Shown here in pieces: positions 55,712-63,843 of a stretch of 64,000 nt of DNA. Both the position numbers and the translations under genes were made by a program. The stretch covers positions 1 to 64,000 of the IMG/VR virus record IMGVR_UViG_3300034407_001956; one strand, given 5' to 3'. The number at the start of each line of letters is the position of its first letter. Within the stretch, counting starts at the first letter, position 1. This DNA comes from a virus. Below the pieces are notes generated by a model. It made no database searches and had not been told where the DNA came from. It saw only the letters and a program-made list of their open reading frames with translations.

Positions 55712-56140
55712 TTAGGAACTAAGGTTAAGAGCCACTGCTAGTCGTCATTCGACTTCTGGAGTTCCGAAAGACATCGCACCGAAAGGGGCTGAAACGCTGG
55801 GTTTGGAAACCTAACTGAGTAAGGTGCGGACATAGAAGGCCTGTGATAGAGTTCTAATCAAACTCTTAGGTAAGAGGTTGTCTGAGGACAAAAGGGAGTG
55901 ATTGCCTGAGTAGTCCGTTAGTAAGGCTGTGGGGTTCGAATCCCCACCTTTGTTTTCGGTTGTTGGTCCGATATAAAACCAACAAAGATTTTAGTTGAGC
56001 TGAGGAGCCAAAAACCGACCCGATTAAATACGAGCTTGATGATGGGTGTTAATAGACAGTTTAAAGCCTGATGGACAGACAACTAAGTATGGAGGCTGGA
56101 GACTAGCGATGTCAATAAGACTCTCTCCCCTCCGCCGGTT
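55712..56140 (+). ncRNA. Large structured non-coding RNA (~430 nt), class unassigned
   Basis: No ORF of 60 aa or more on the + strand; GC-richer; long-range helices GACATCGC/GCGATGTC, GCTAGTC/GACTAGC, GTTGTCTG/CAGACAAC; T-loop hairpin; local hairpins. Confidence 0.72.
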
Positions 56141-56235
56141 TTGTGACAGAATGACAGAGTAATATAATATCAGCGGTACGCTGAAAAATAAGTAGCTCAT
56201 AACTATTTATTACCATATAACGGAGAACACTATAT

Positions 56236-56427
56236 ATGAAGCAAACTAAGAAAGCAACAGATTTCGACATAATAGAGATAATAGAGCAGGAGATGATAAG
56301 CATGTGGAATACAGGTGAGATTCCCTATCTGCTGAAGAAGGATCCGGAATTCGTACAGGTGATAATGGAAGGGCTGATGTTGGAACGCAGCTTTTGGAGT
56401 CAGAATATGGTGGTGGGAGAGGCTTGA
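56236..56427 (+). CDS. Small hypothetical protein
   Basis: SD GGAG; 63 aa. Confidence 0.5.
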   Translation: MKQTKKATDFDIIEIIEQEMISMWNTGEIPYLLKKDPEFVQVIMEGLMLERSFWSQNMVVGEA

Positions 56428-56589
56428 CAATATGACATACCCCCGGCATTAAGTCGTTAATCGCCAAACTATGACAAAGTGACAGGCGCTCCATATTGGT
56501 TCCTGAATCGGACCAGGTTTTGAGTTCCTATAGAAATTGATATATTATGTGTATCGTAAACGATAAAAAATAAACAGCTAGGAGTTATA

Positions 56590-56928
56590 ATGAAAAGAAT
56601 ATTAGGAAGTATAATACATATACTTTTGGTATTAGGTACTTTACTATTATGTACATCTAAACTAAATGGGATGCAGAGTAATGTAGAGATGATTCCATAT
56701 AGATTAGTTCCATCGATGGATATAGAGTGTCCTATACAGATAGAAATAATCCATCCTATATCTATATTGGGTGTTCCAATAATATATGAGGATGAGTTCA
56801 TAGAGGTTATAAAAGAAAGGGTTATATTTGAAACCACCAATCCATTCGCTCAGAATGAGATATTCAGTATAGATGGTAAACAATACTATTTACTCAGAGT
56901 TCCCTACACAGGAGTTAGTTGGAAATAA
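56590..56928 (+). CDS. Secreted/membrane hypothetical
   Basis: SD AGGAG; N-terminal signal-like segment. Confidence 0.6.
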   Translation: MKRILGSIIHILLVLGTLLLCTSKLNGMQSNVEMIPYRLVPSMDIECPIQIEIIHPISILGVPIIYEDEFIEVIKERVIFETTNPFAQNEIFSIDGKQYYLLRVPYTGVSWK

Positions 56929-56941
56929 TTAAAGAAAAGGC

Positions 56942-56971
56942 TTGACTCGTATAGGTATTTCTTCGTATGAT
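56942..56971 (+). promoter_or_regulatory. Sigma70-type early promoter
   Basis: TTGACT-N18-TATGAT with upstream A-tract. Confidence 0.7.
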
Positions 56972-56976
56972 CTGGT

Positions 56977-57252
56977 ATGAGAAAAGAGAGATTAACTAAC
57001 TTTACAAAAGGAAAAAGAATGAAGAATTTAAAAGTAAACGCTTTCGGTGATGTAGTGGAAAGAGGATTGTATGACTATGGTAATCACAAAGCCCAACTAA
57101 GTTTTAACTTTGAAAAAAAGTACGAAGTAGTAATGCATCAAATAAACATTCAGAAGATGGGAGAGTTCAAATTAAAGATGAATGAATTACAGAATGAGAT
57201 GGATGACTGGTTTAAACAAATGGATGCTGAATTAAAAAAAGGAAATAACTAA
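56977..57252 (+). CDS. Hypothetical early protein
   Basis: ORF just after promoter; second Met is an alternative start. Confidence 0.55.
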   Translation: MRKERLTNFTKGKRMKNLKVNAFGDVVERGLYDYGNHKAQLSFNFEKKYEVVMHQINIQKMGEFKLKMNELQNEMDDWFKQMDAELKKGNN

Positions 57253-57584
57253 TGAACTTAAACGAAACTATATTTCATAAGAATCACATAATCGGTGTCG
57301 AAGAGTTAGACCCACCATTCAGAGAGGTTCGCTTCCAACATCTAATGAAAGAGTTCTGTGAGGACTACAATCATTATGAGGCTGATGAATTTGCCGTAGT
57401 ATGGTATGAGAAAGATGAAGATTTATATATCGAACAAATATACAATCACGATACAGGTGAGGTATATTGGGAAGATAGGAGTAAACAACTTCCAAACCCA
57501 AATTGGACAGACAACGATGAGATACTTTATTGTAGTCTTTTAATGTGGGGTAATTTAGAACAAACTATAGGAATGAATATATAA
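57252..57584 (+). CDS. Hypothetical acidic protein
   Basis: TAATG-coupled ORF. Confidence 0.6.
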   Translation: MNLNETIFHKNHIIGVEELDPPFREVRFQHLMKEFCEDYNHYEADEFAVVWYEKDEDLYIEQIYNHDTGEVYWEDRSKQLPNPNWTDNDEILYCSLLMWGNLEQTIGMNI

Positions 57585-57826
57585 TGGCCATATTAAAATC
57601 AGCGCCCTACAACAAACCAATGATTGACTTATCAGGTCCGAAAGGTAATGCTTTCTATCTGCTTAATTTAGCACAGAAGTATGGTAAACAATTCGGTTGG
57701 GGAGTTATGGAGATTAATGCTATGCTTGATAATCTAAAGAGCGGAGACTATAAACATTTGGTAGAAGCATTCGATGGGTACTTTGGTGAGGTTGTTGATT
57801 TAAATCTAGCGGGCATAGAACTATAA
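57584..57826 (+). CDS. Phage hypothetical protein (IDLSGPKGNAF motif)
   Basis: GPxGNAFxL and SGDYxxL motifs. Confidence 0.65.
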   Translation: MAILKSAPYNKPMIDLSGPKGNAFYLLNLAQKYGKQFGWGVMEINAMLDNLKSGDYKHLVEAFDGYFGEVVDLNLAGIEL

Positions 57827-58062
57827 TGTGGGAAGAGAAGGCTGAAAGAGAACTAAAATATCGTCAGCGATTTAAAAGGTTACAGAGTACTATGATGAGA
57901 TGGGCTGATAAGAATAAACGAGCTCATCTATATGGGGATTATGAACTAACCGATAGATGGAAACAGGACCTAAAGGTTGTATTGGTGTATGAGCGACAGA
58001 AGCACCTAACGGCTGAGGCTATGAGGATATTGAATGACTTATATAATAAATATAGGTCTTGA
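57826..58062 (+). CDS. Hypothetical protein
   Basis: Coupled ORF. Confidence 0.55.
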   Translation: MWEEKAERELKYRQRFKRLQSTMMRWADKNKRAHLYGDYELTDRWKQDLKVVLVYERQKHLTAEAMRILNDLYNKYRS

Positions 58063-58077
58063 CTCGTATAACATATT

Positions 58078-58290
58078 ATGAGTAAGTTCTTTGATTATGG
58101 AGATGTCGATTCCGAAGATTCCCAATGGTTTCATATTAAGGCTAGGGATATGGATATATTCCAACCTGATGGTAAGGTTATTACCTTTTGGCTATGGGGA
58201 GTATCGGAAACAGACATACGACATATACTCTCTAAAAAAAATATAAAGGATATAGAATGGATAAAGAAAAAGACACCACCCTTTGCGTAG
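58078..58290 (+). CDS. Hypothetical protein
   Basis: 70 aa ORF. Confidence 0.5.
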   Translation: MSKFFDYGDVDSEDSQWFHIKARDMDIFQPDGKVITFWLWGVSETDIRHILSKKNIKDIEWIKKKTPPFA

Positions 58291-58799
58291 GTTGTGAGAC
58301 CACCCTATCCGATGAGCGTATACACTTAGGCTTTACCGATTGTGTGGAGTGTAGTAAGGTAGATAAGTATTCTTCTCATACCATATACCCACATAAGACA
58401 GGTGGCTTTATACAACCTGTGTCAGCTGAACAAGCGGACAATATGAAAAGGCTAGACCGCCGAAGTGTAGGCGGTGAGCGTAGAGCCAAAGGAATCGTAG
58501 CGGATAATAGTTGGGATAGGTGGTTGAAGGATTACCTATCTAAGAAAGACTCTCCCCCAAGTGAGCCTAAGACTAATCCATTACCTACACCATTACCAAT
58601 TTTCATCCCTTACCAAAAAGCAATCGATGAGGCGTTAGCCAAGTTTGAAGATAGGGGTTACGAAGCAGCGGCGGAACTTACACAATCGATGTATACGAGC
58701 GACAAGATTTCGTTAGCACACAAAGCGAAGATTATGAACGAGCTTTCCTCACTAGCCCTACTCACGACCAAGCAACGAAGATGGATGAAAAAATTATGA
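58257..58799 (+). CDS. DksA/TraR-like C4 zinc-finger protein with C-terminal extension
   Basis: CVGC...ERI...CVECS. Confidence 0.55.
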   Translation: MDKEKDTTLCVGCETTLSDERIHLGFTDCVECSKVDKYSSHTIYPHKTGGFIQPVSAEQADNMKRLDRRSVGGERRAKGIVADNSWDRWLKDYLSKKDSPPSEPKTNPLPTPLPIFIPYQKAIDEALAKFEDRGYEAAAELTQSMYTSDKISLAHKAKIMNELSSLALLTTKQRRWMKKL

Positions 58800-59056
58800 T
58801 GTTTAACAAATTGGGGCACTATTTATTTAAGAGAATGAGCAAAGACCAAATAGCGTTAAGGAAAACTAGACCACAAAATATGGTGGGTTTATACATCAAT
58901 TCAAAAGACATTCAACAGTACATAAATGATTATTATAATTATGGTATAGATTATATGGGTGACGATAATATGTCATCAGAAGATTTTGTAGAATCACAAA
59001 TAAACGAACCAGGCGAAGAACTTTATTGGGATGACGCTGATGGGGAGGAAAGTTAA
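58796..59056 (+). CDS. Hypothetical protein with acidic tail
   Basis: ATGA-coupled. Confidence 0.55.
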   Translation: MMFNKLGHYLFKRMSKDQIALRKTRPQNMVGLYINSKDIQQYINDYYNYGIDYMGDDNMSSEDFVESQINEPGEELYWDDADGEES

Positions 59057-59172
59057 TGAGGGCAAAAATGTTAGATGAGGTAATGAAGAGTAGGAGTAAC
59101 ATACCAATGTTACTATTCGTTGCGGTAGTTTGTTTTTTAATAGGATTAACAATAGGAGTTATGTCAGTATGA
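59056..59172 (+). CDS. Small single-TM protein (38 aa, not in track)
   Basis: ...MLLFVAVVCFLIGLTIGVMSV; coupled at both ends. Confidence 0.45.
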   Translation: MRAKMLDEVMKSRSNIPMLLFVAVVCFLIGLTIGVMSV

Positions 59173-60080
59173 ACATAGGTTACGCTTGTATCAATATGCA
59201 ATTATCATCACAGAAACCAAAGGTGTATACCGGCAGAAGTATGATTAAACGAACCTTTAAAGCTAGGGGCATTGAGTATGCATCTGAGCTAGGTTTACAG
59301 AATTGTAAAGACTTATTTGAAATAGTTAAATGGAATAATGAGAATGGGTTTCCTTTCTTTCGTATTACATCTAATTTATTTCCTTGGTCATCTGAATACA
59401 AACTTGAGGATATGCCAGACTATTTTGAGATAGGTAGTACACTAGCAAATGTGGGTAAGTATGTAGCTGACAATAATATGAGGATTACTTCTCATCCTGG
59501 TCCATTCAATGTTCTTACTTCACCACACCCACACGTTGTAGATAATTGTATCAATGACTTATCCACACACGGAGAAGTATTTGATATGATGGGATTGAGT
59601 AGAACACCTTACAACAAAATCAATATTCATATTGGTGGTGCTTATGGAGATAAGGAATCAGCTATGGCTAGATTCTGTACCAACTTTGTTAGATTGCCAG
59701 ATTCGGTTAAGAGTAGACTCACTGTTGAGAATGATGATAAGGCTACTATGTATTCTGTTAGAGATTTATATGATGGAGTTTACAAAGTAATTGGTATTCC
59801 TATTGTATTTGATTACCACCACCATCAGTTCTGTACAGGTGATTTGACAGAACAAAAAGCATTGGAGTTGGCTATTAAAACGTGGGGTGATATTAAACCT
59901 GTTGTTCATTATTCAGAGAGCAGACGTGACGAAAAGAAAGATGATACTATCAGAGTACAGGCTCATTCAGATTATGTTTATGAGAAGATTGAGACATATG
60001 GTCACGACATTGATATTATGATTGAGGCTAAACATAAAGAGCTAGCAGTTCAGAGATATAGGGAACTACATATTGACTAA
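59169..60080 (+). CDS. uvsE: UV-damage endonuclease
   Basis: IGYACIN, FFRITSNLFP, SHPGPF, NIHIGG, LTVENDD, VFDYHHH, HYSES, AHSDY, MIEAKHKE. Confidence 0.93.
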   Translation: MNIGYACINMQLSSQKPKVYTGRSMIKRTFKARGIEYASELGLQNCKDLFEIVKWNNENGFPFFRITSNLFPWSSEYKLEDMPDYFEIGSTLANVGKYVADNNMRITSHPGPFNVLTSPHPHVVDNCINDLSTHGEVFDMMGLSRTPYNKINIHIGGAYGDKESAMARFCTNFVRLPDSVKSRLTVENDDKATMYSVRDLYDGVYKVIGIPIVFDYHHHQFCTGDLTEQKALELAIKTWGDIKPVVHYSESRRDEKKDDTIRVQAHSDYVYEKIETYGHDIDIMIEAKHKELAVQRYRELHID

Positions 60081-60846
60081 TCTAAATATGACAGTATACC
60101 ACATACCGAGATGTGCTGGTACAACCTTTCAATACTATCTATTAAGTCTGTATGGTGTAGGAGTAGAAGTAGAAAAATATGATACTTCAGATAGTAATCC
60201 ACACCTACAGATAAACGAATTGGAATTTACAGGTGATTTGGTTAGAGACTACTCATCTATAAATTGGGATTCTAAAACATTTGGCTATAAGATATTATTG
60301 GATAATGAAAGCACTGTAAATGAAGATGTTGGAGAAAACATATACAGATACGGAGATGTAGACTTTGATTTGATGTATGGACATTTTGGTATAGATAAGT
60401 ATCCATCAGAAAATCGTAATAAAGTAGTTTGGTTAAGAGAACCATTAGAAAGAGCATTATCACAAGCTAAGTATCTGGCATACGCTCAAAGATACTACGC
60501 TTCAGATTTAGATTGGCCGTTTGAGAATATGGATATAAATGATTACATAAACTCTGATGATGTTGTGAATACTATGACAAAATATGTTGGTAAAGATTTA
60601 TCTGATTTTAAGTTTGTTGGTATAGTTGAACATATGGATAGAGATATTGCAAGGTTTCAAGATATGTTTGGATTAGAAAAAACTAAGCTACCTAAAACAA
60701 ATCAGTATGATTCTATGGTTAGAGTAGCTCCAATACATTGTGATGAGTGCTCCAAAAGATTTGATTTCATATCAGCTGATATAGATAGACAAAGATTTTT
60801 TGAAAATAATAAAGAGGACTATGAACTATACAATACTTATATATAA
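60073..60846 (+). CDS. Sulfotransferase-family protein
   Basis: YHIPRCAGTT (5'-PSB), GHF, LREPLERALS (3'-PB), FVGIVE, N..D.ELY. Confidence 0.75.
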   Translation: MTNLNMTVYHIPRCAGTTFQYYLLSLYGVGVEVEKYDTSDSNPHLQINELEFTGDLVRDYSSINWDSKTFGYKILLDNESTVNEDVGENIYRYGDVDFDLMYGHFGIDKYPSENRNKVVWLREPLERALSQAKYLAYAQRYYASDLDWPFENMDINDYINSDDVVNTMTKYVGKDLSDFKFVGIVEHMDRDIARFQDMFGLEKTKLPKTNQYDSMVRVAPIHCDECSKRFDFISADIDRQRFFENNKEDYELYNTYI

Positions 60847-60858
60847 ACGGAGAATATT

Positions 60859-61164
60859 ATGTACTTAGATGATAATAAATCTTACCTTTTATTTGGAAAG
60901 GATTTAAATTCAATTATAGCAATTTTACAATCGGTAAGCGATCGTAATCCTGATATAGATAAGTTAAATGAACTTATACAGAAGCTAAAAGATATGAGGT
61001 CTTATGAAGATATGTTAAATGATTTTATATTTGGTGACCAAAAAACTTATCCGAGAGATAAAAAAGAAATTGGTAAAAAGGATAATATGACATTAGAAGA
61101 AATGATGAAAGATTTGGAATTGAGATTTATGGATGAGAGGGATAAAGATAATGGAAAGAATTGA
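60859..61164 (+). CDS. Hypothetical protein
   Basis: SD GGAG; 101 aa. Confidence 0.6.
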   Translation: MYLDDNKSYLLFGKDLNSIIAILQSVSDRNPDIDKLNELIQKLKDMRSYEDMLNDFIFGDQKTYPRDKKEIGKKDNMTLEEMMKDLELRFMDERDKDNGKN

Positions 61165-61435
61165 CCATATAGCTATAGTAGTTACAAACATATCACAGGC
61201 GGTTAGATGGTATACCAATAAATTTGATTGTAAAGTAAACTACGAAGATAAGAGTTGGGCAGAATTACAATTTGATAATATTAAGTTAGCTTTGGTATTA
61301 CCACAAGACCATCCACCACACATAGCATTTGAATCAGATGATTTAACTAACCCAACCAAACACAGAGATGGTTCTGAATCTGTTTACGATCACGATTCGT
61401 TTGGTAATATAATAGAGTATATAAAGTATGAGTAG
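61151..61435 (+). CDS. VOC/glyoxalase-family protein
   Basis: IDHIAIVV, HIAF, HRDG, D..GNIIE. Confidence 0.82.
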   Translation: MERIDHIAIVVTNISQAVRWYTNKFDCKVNYEDKSWAELQFDNIKLALVLPQDHPPHIAFESDDLTNPTKHRDGSESVYDHDSFGNIIEYIKYE

Positions 61436-61552
61436 TAAAGAACAAATAGAATATATCTACATCGGCATAGCTATTGGTTTTATGATTGGATTTGCCGTAG
61501 GTTTTTATTTAGAAAGCTATTTAGCGGTAGAGAATTTAGTTATGGAAATGTC

Positions 61553-61582
61553 TTGACATATATAGTATTTATTTAGTATATT
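61553..61582 (+). promoter_or_regulatory. Sigma70-type promoter
   Basis: TTGACA-N18-TATATT. Confidence 0.7.
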
Positions 61583-61605
61583 CATATATGACAAAAGGGG
61601 TAAAA

Positions 61606-62139
61606 ATGAAAAAGACAATAATTTTTGATTTAGATGGAACACTAGCAGACATCGAAGCTAGGAGGCAGTTGGCTATGATTCCAGGTAAAAGAGTCAATGA
61701 GAATGGATTCAATGTTCCTAAATTGGATTGGGATATATTCTTTGATGCTGAAAGCATTAAGTTAGATAAACCAAATGCTCCTGTTATTAAGATGGCTCAG
61801 ATGTTTAAAGCTGATGGTTTTAAGATTGTCATCTTTAGTGGTAGGAATGATAGGTCTTTCTTTACTACTAAAAAATGGTTATTAGATAATGATGTACCAT
61901 TTGATTTATTGGTGTTAAGGCCTGATAAGTTTCAAGCTGATTCTTGGCCGATTGCTGATGGTAATCCAGCTACTAAAGAAATGAGGTTTATGCCTGATGA
62001 AATCCTAAAGAAGAAGATGTTAGATACTTTTGTAGACATTGACGATGTATTCTTAGTTGTCGATGACAGACAGAAAGTTGTGGATATGTGGAGAGCTTTA
62101 GGACTTAATACATTTCAGGTAGCACCAGGAAATTTCTAA
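61606..62139 (+). CDS. HAD phosphatase, T4 PNKP (PseT) phosphatase-domain-like
   Basis: IFDLDGTLA, FSGR, K, VDDRQKVVDMWR..G. Confidence 0.85.
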   Translation: MKKTIIFDLDGTLADIEARRQLAMIPGKRVNENGFNVPKLDWDIFFDAESIKLDKPNAPVIKMAQMFKADGFKIVIFSGRNDRSFFTTKKWLLDNDVPFDLLVLRPDKFQADSWPIADGNPATKEMRFMPDEILKKKMLDTFVDIDDVFLVVDDRQKVVDMWRALGLNTFQVAPGNF

Positions 62140-62147
62140 AAAAAGTC

Positions 62148-62177
62148 TTGACTTGTATTGCAATTATATATTATATT
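62148..62177 (+). promoter_or_regulatory. Sigma70-type promoter
   Basis: TTGACT-N18-TATATT with A-tract. Confidence 0.7.
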
Positions 62178-62204
62178 TACATATAACAAAAAAGGAAAAA
62201 ATAA

Positions 62205-62540
62205 ATGACTTACACTTTTGAAAAAACATTTGGAAAATTTGACTCTTCCACTAACTTTGAAGGAAACAAACTCATTGTAGAGTATGTTTACTCTTCTGTT
62301 AGTGATTGTATCAAAGTAGTTGAGATGAGTAGGGTTGATTCTGAGGGTACTCACTTCCATAGGCTTAATTGGATGAGTAAAGAAGGTCAAGCTTCTTTGA
62401 TGGAAGATTTAGAAAATGATATGACAGATAGAATGTGTGGTACTGGTAATTATAGTAATAGTATAGAGAATGATTTAGAGATTGCCAATATGGAAGCGGA
62501 TTGGTTGATACAAAAAGCAGAAATACATTATGGTATATAG
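62205..62540 (+). CDS. Hypothetical protein
   Basis: SD AAGGA; 111 aa. Confidence 0.6.
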   Translation: MTYTFEKTFGKFDSSTNFEGNKLIVEYVYSSVSDCIKVVEMSRVDSEGTHFHRLNWMSKEGQASLMEDLENDMTDRMCGTGNYSNSIENDLEIANMEADWLIQKAEIHYGI

Positions 62541-62748
62541 GTTAAATAGTATTAAAGCTGAGTTGGATGGAGACACCATACAATATGATAATGGAGAGAG
62601 TATATGGTTAGTTACTTATCTATCTCAATATGATTGGGATAATCCAGCTCCACATAGTACTGAAGATGCGTTTAAGATTGGTAAGGTGGTTAAAGAATAT
62701 AATATCACTTGGCAAGAAATAGAAGAAGAAGCGAGGATGTATGTATAA
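62530..62748 (+). CDS. Hypothetical protein
   Basis: Coupled ORF. Confidence 0.55.
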   Translation: MVYRLNSIKAELDGDTIQYDNGESIWLVTYLSQYDWDNPAPHSTEDAFKIGKVVKEYNITWQEIEEEARMYV

Positions 62749-62965
62749 AGAAATATTAGAAAAGTTAGAGGCTATAGGTGTTGCTATAGATGATGGTTAT
62801 AATACTGCAGTGGATACAGAAGAGAACAGCGATTCAATGTACTATACTAATCACGCTAGTGATTTACTTAACGAACTGATGGTTAGTGTTGAGAAGCAAA
62901 TTCAAAGTGAGAGAGAAGAAATACCTGGCTTTGAGGGAACTATGGGAGCATTGGAAAACTTATGA
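62741..62965 (+). CDS. Hypothetical acidic protein
   Basis: Coupled ORF; PGFEGT. Confidence 0.55.
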   Translation: MYKEILEKLEAIGVAIDDGYNTAVDTEENSDSMYYTNHASDLLNELMVSVEKQIQSEREEIPGFEGTMGALENL

Positions 62966-63177
62966 ATCTATTAGACAAACTAATTGAAACATTTGATGGC
63001 GAAATTATGGTAGACAATCAATGGCGTGTAAATGGTTCTAATGGTGTTCACTATACAGTAGAATGGGATCCTTATCACAGACATTATAGTTGTGGTTGTA
63101 AAGGTTATAAGTTTAGAAGAAAATGTAGACACATTACAGAATTGAGCGAATCATTTAGGAAAAGAATACAAAACTAA
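62962..63177 (+). CDS. SWIM zinc-finger protein
   Basis: GSNG..YTV...SCGC.GY.FR.KCRHI. Confidence 0.8.
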   Translation: MNLLDKLIETFDGEIMVDNQWRVNGSNGVHYTVEWDPYHRHYSCGCKGYKFRRKCRHITELSESFRKRIQN

Positions 63178-63182
63178 AAACT

Positions 63183-63254
63183 GCGAGTATCGTATAATGG
63201 TTATTACCTTAGCCTTCCAAGCTAATGATGTTGGTTCGATTCCAACTACTCGCT
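63183..63254 (+). tRNA. tRNA-Gly(UCC); CCA not encoded
   Basis: Acceptor GCGAGTA/TACTCGC, anticodon arm TTAGC-CTTCCAA-GCTAA, T arm GTTGG-TTCGATT-CCAAC, U discriminator. Confidence 0.95.
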
Positions 63255-63283
63255 CAAAAATTTATAAAAACTAAGGAGTAAAA

Positions 63284-63496
63284 ATGGTTGAAATACAAAA
63301 AAATAGCCGTGAGGTTATTCGTATATCTGAATCTGAATACGAAGGTCATAAGTTTGTAGACCTACGAATTTGGTATACTGATGGTGGAGATTATAAACCT
63401 ACAAAAAAAGGTATATCATTCCATCCATCTAAAACTAAAGAAATAGTTGAAGGGATATTAAAGATAGCTGAATCAGGTGATTGGGATAATTTTTAG
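63284..63496 (+). CDS. PC4/p15-like ssDNA-binding protein
   Basis: EYEGHKFVDLRIWY...KPTKKGIS. Confidence 0.85.
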   Translation: MVEIQKNSREVIRISESEYEGHKFVDLRIWYTDGGDYKPTKKGISFHPSKTKEIVEGILKIAESGDWDNF

Positions 63497-63843
63497 TGAG
63501 TAAATTGTGGTGGGCTGTAGGAGCTCAAGCACTTGGTTCTATAATTGCTTTCTATCAGTTACAAGGACACTACGCATTTCCTCAATATAAAAAGTTTTTT
63601 GGTAGCATGTGGTTTGTGTACTTAACGAGTATACCAATAGCACCACTATTCTTTTATGCTACTAAATGGTCTTATGAACACTTTGGTGCATTTTGGAATT
63701 TTAGATTGGCTGGATTTGGTATTGGTACAATTGTATTTGGTATGATGGCTTGGTATATATTTGGAGAAGTACCAACCTTAAAAACTATTATCAGTTTGCT
63801 GTTGGCTATGGCAATAATATTAATACAGGTTTCTAATTTATAG
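63496..63843 (+). CDS. Four-TM small membrane protein (DMT/SMR-like)
   Basis: Four hydrophobic helices; FGE before the last TM. Confidence 0.55.
   Translation: MSKLWWAVGAQALGSIIAFYQLQGHYAFPQYKKFFGSMWFVYLTSIPIAPLFFYATKWSYEHFGAFWNFRLAGFGIGTIVFGMMAWYIFGEVPTLKTIISLLLAMAIILIQVSNL

Larger units (their letters stand above)
54774..56485. repeat. Dispersed TGWCA-N3-TGWCA box array with orientation switch
   Basis: TGTCA at 54777, 54807/54815, 54855, 55487; TGACA at 54863, 56144/56152, 56425/56433, 56472/56480. Confidence 0.7.

Noticed and set aside
55785-55957. tmRNA (GGGGCTGAAACG start plus T-arm)
   Set aside because: No TTCGAC after the 5' segment, the 3' side of the T-arm does not complement GGGGCTG, and there is no CCA or evident tag ORF.
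55712-56140. RNase P RNA or group I/II intron
   Set aside because: No GAGGAAAGUCC/ACAnAAnnCGGC P4 motifs; the P7-like GACTA/TAGTC pair is in reversed order; no interrupted gene; no group II domain V recognised.
54883-56140. IscB/HEARO (OMEGA) RNA-guided system
   Set aside because: The protein has no RuvC or PLMP domain and the HNH histidines are substituted; kept only as a loose analogy.
56170-56188. TCAGCG-GTA-CGCTGA hairpin as terminator of the ncRNA
   Set aside because: It is followed by an A-run rather than a U-run on the + strand, so the ncRNA 3' end is left undefined.
1259-62390. Minus-strand and alternate-frame ORFs in the track (e.g. 10404-10751, 46334-46750, 56469-56840)
   Set aside because: They overlap well-supported + strand genes, lack recognisable motifs and look like shadow ORFs.
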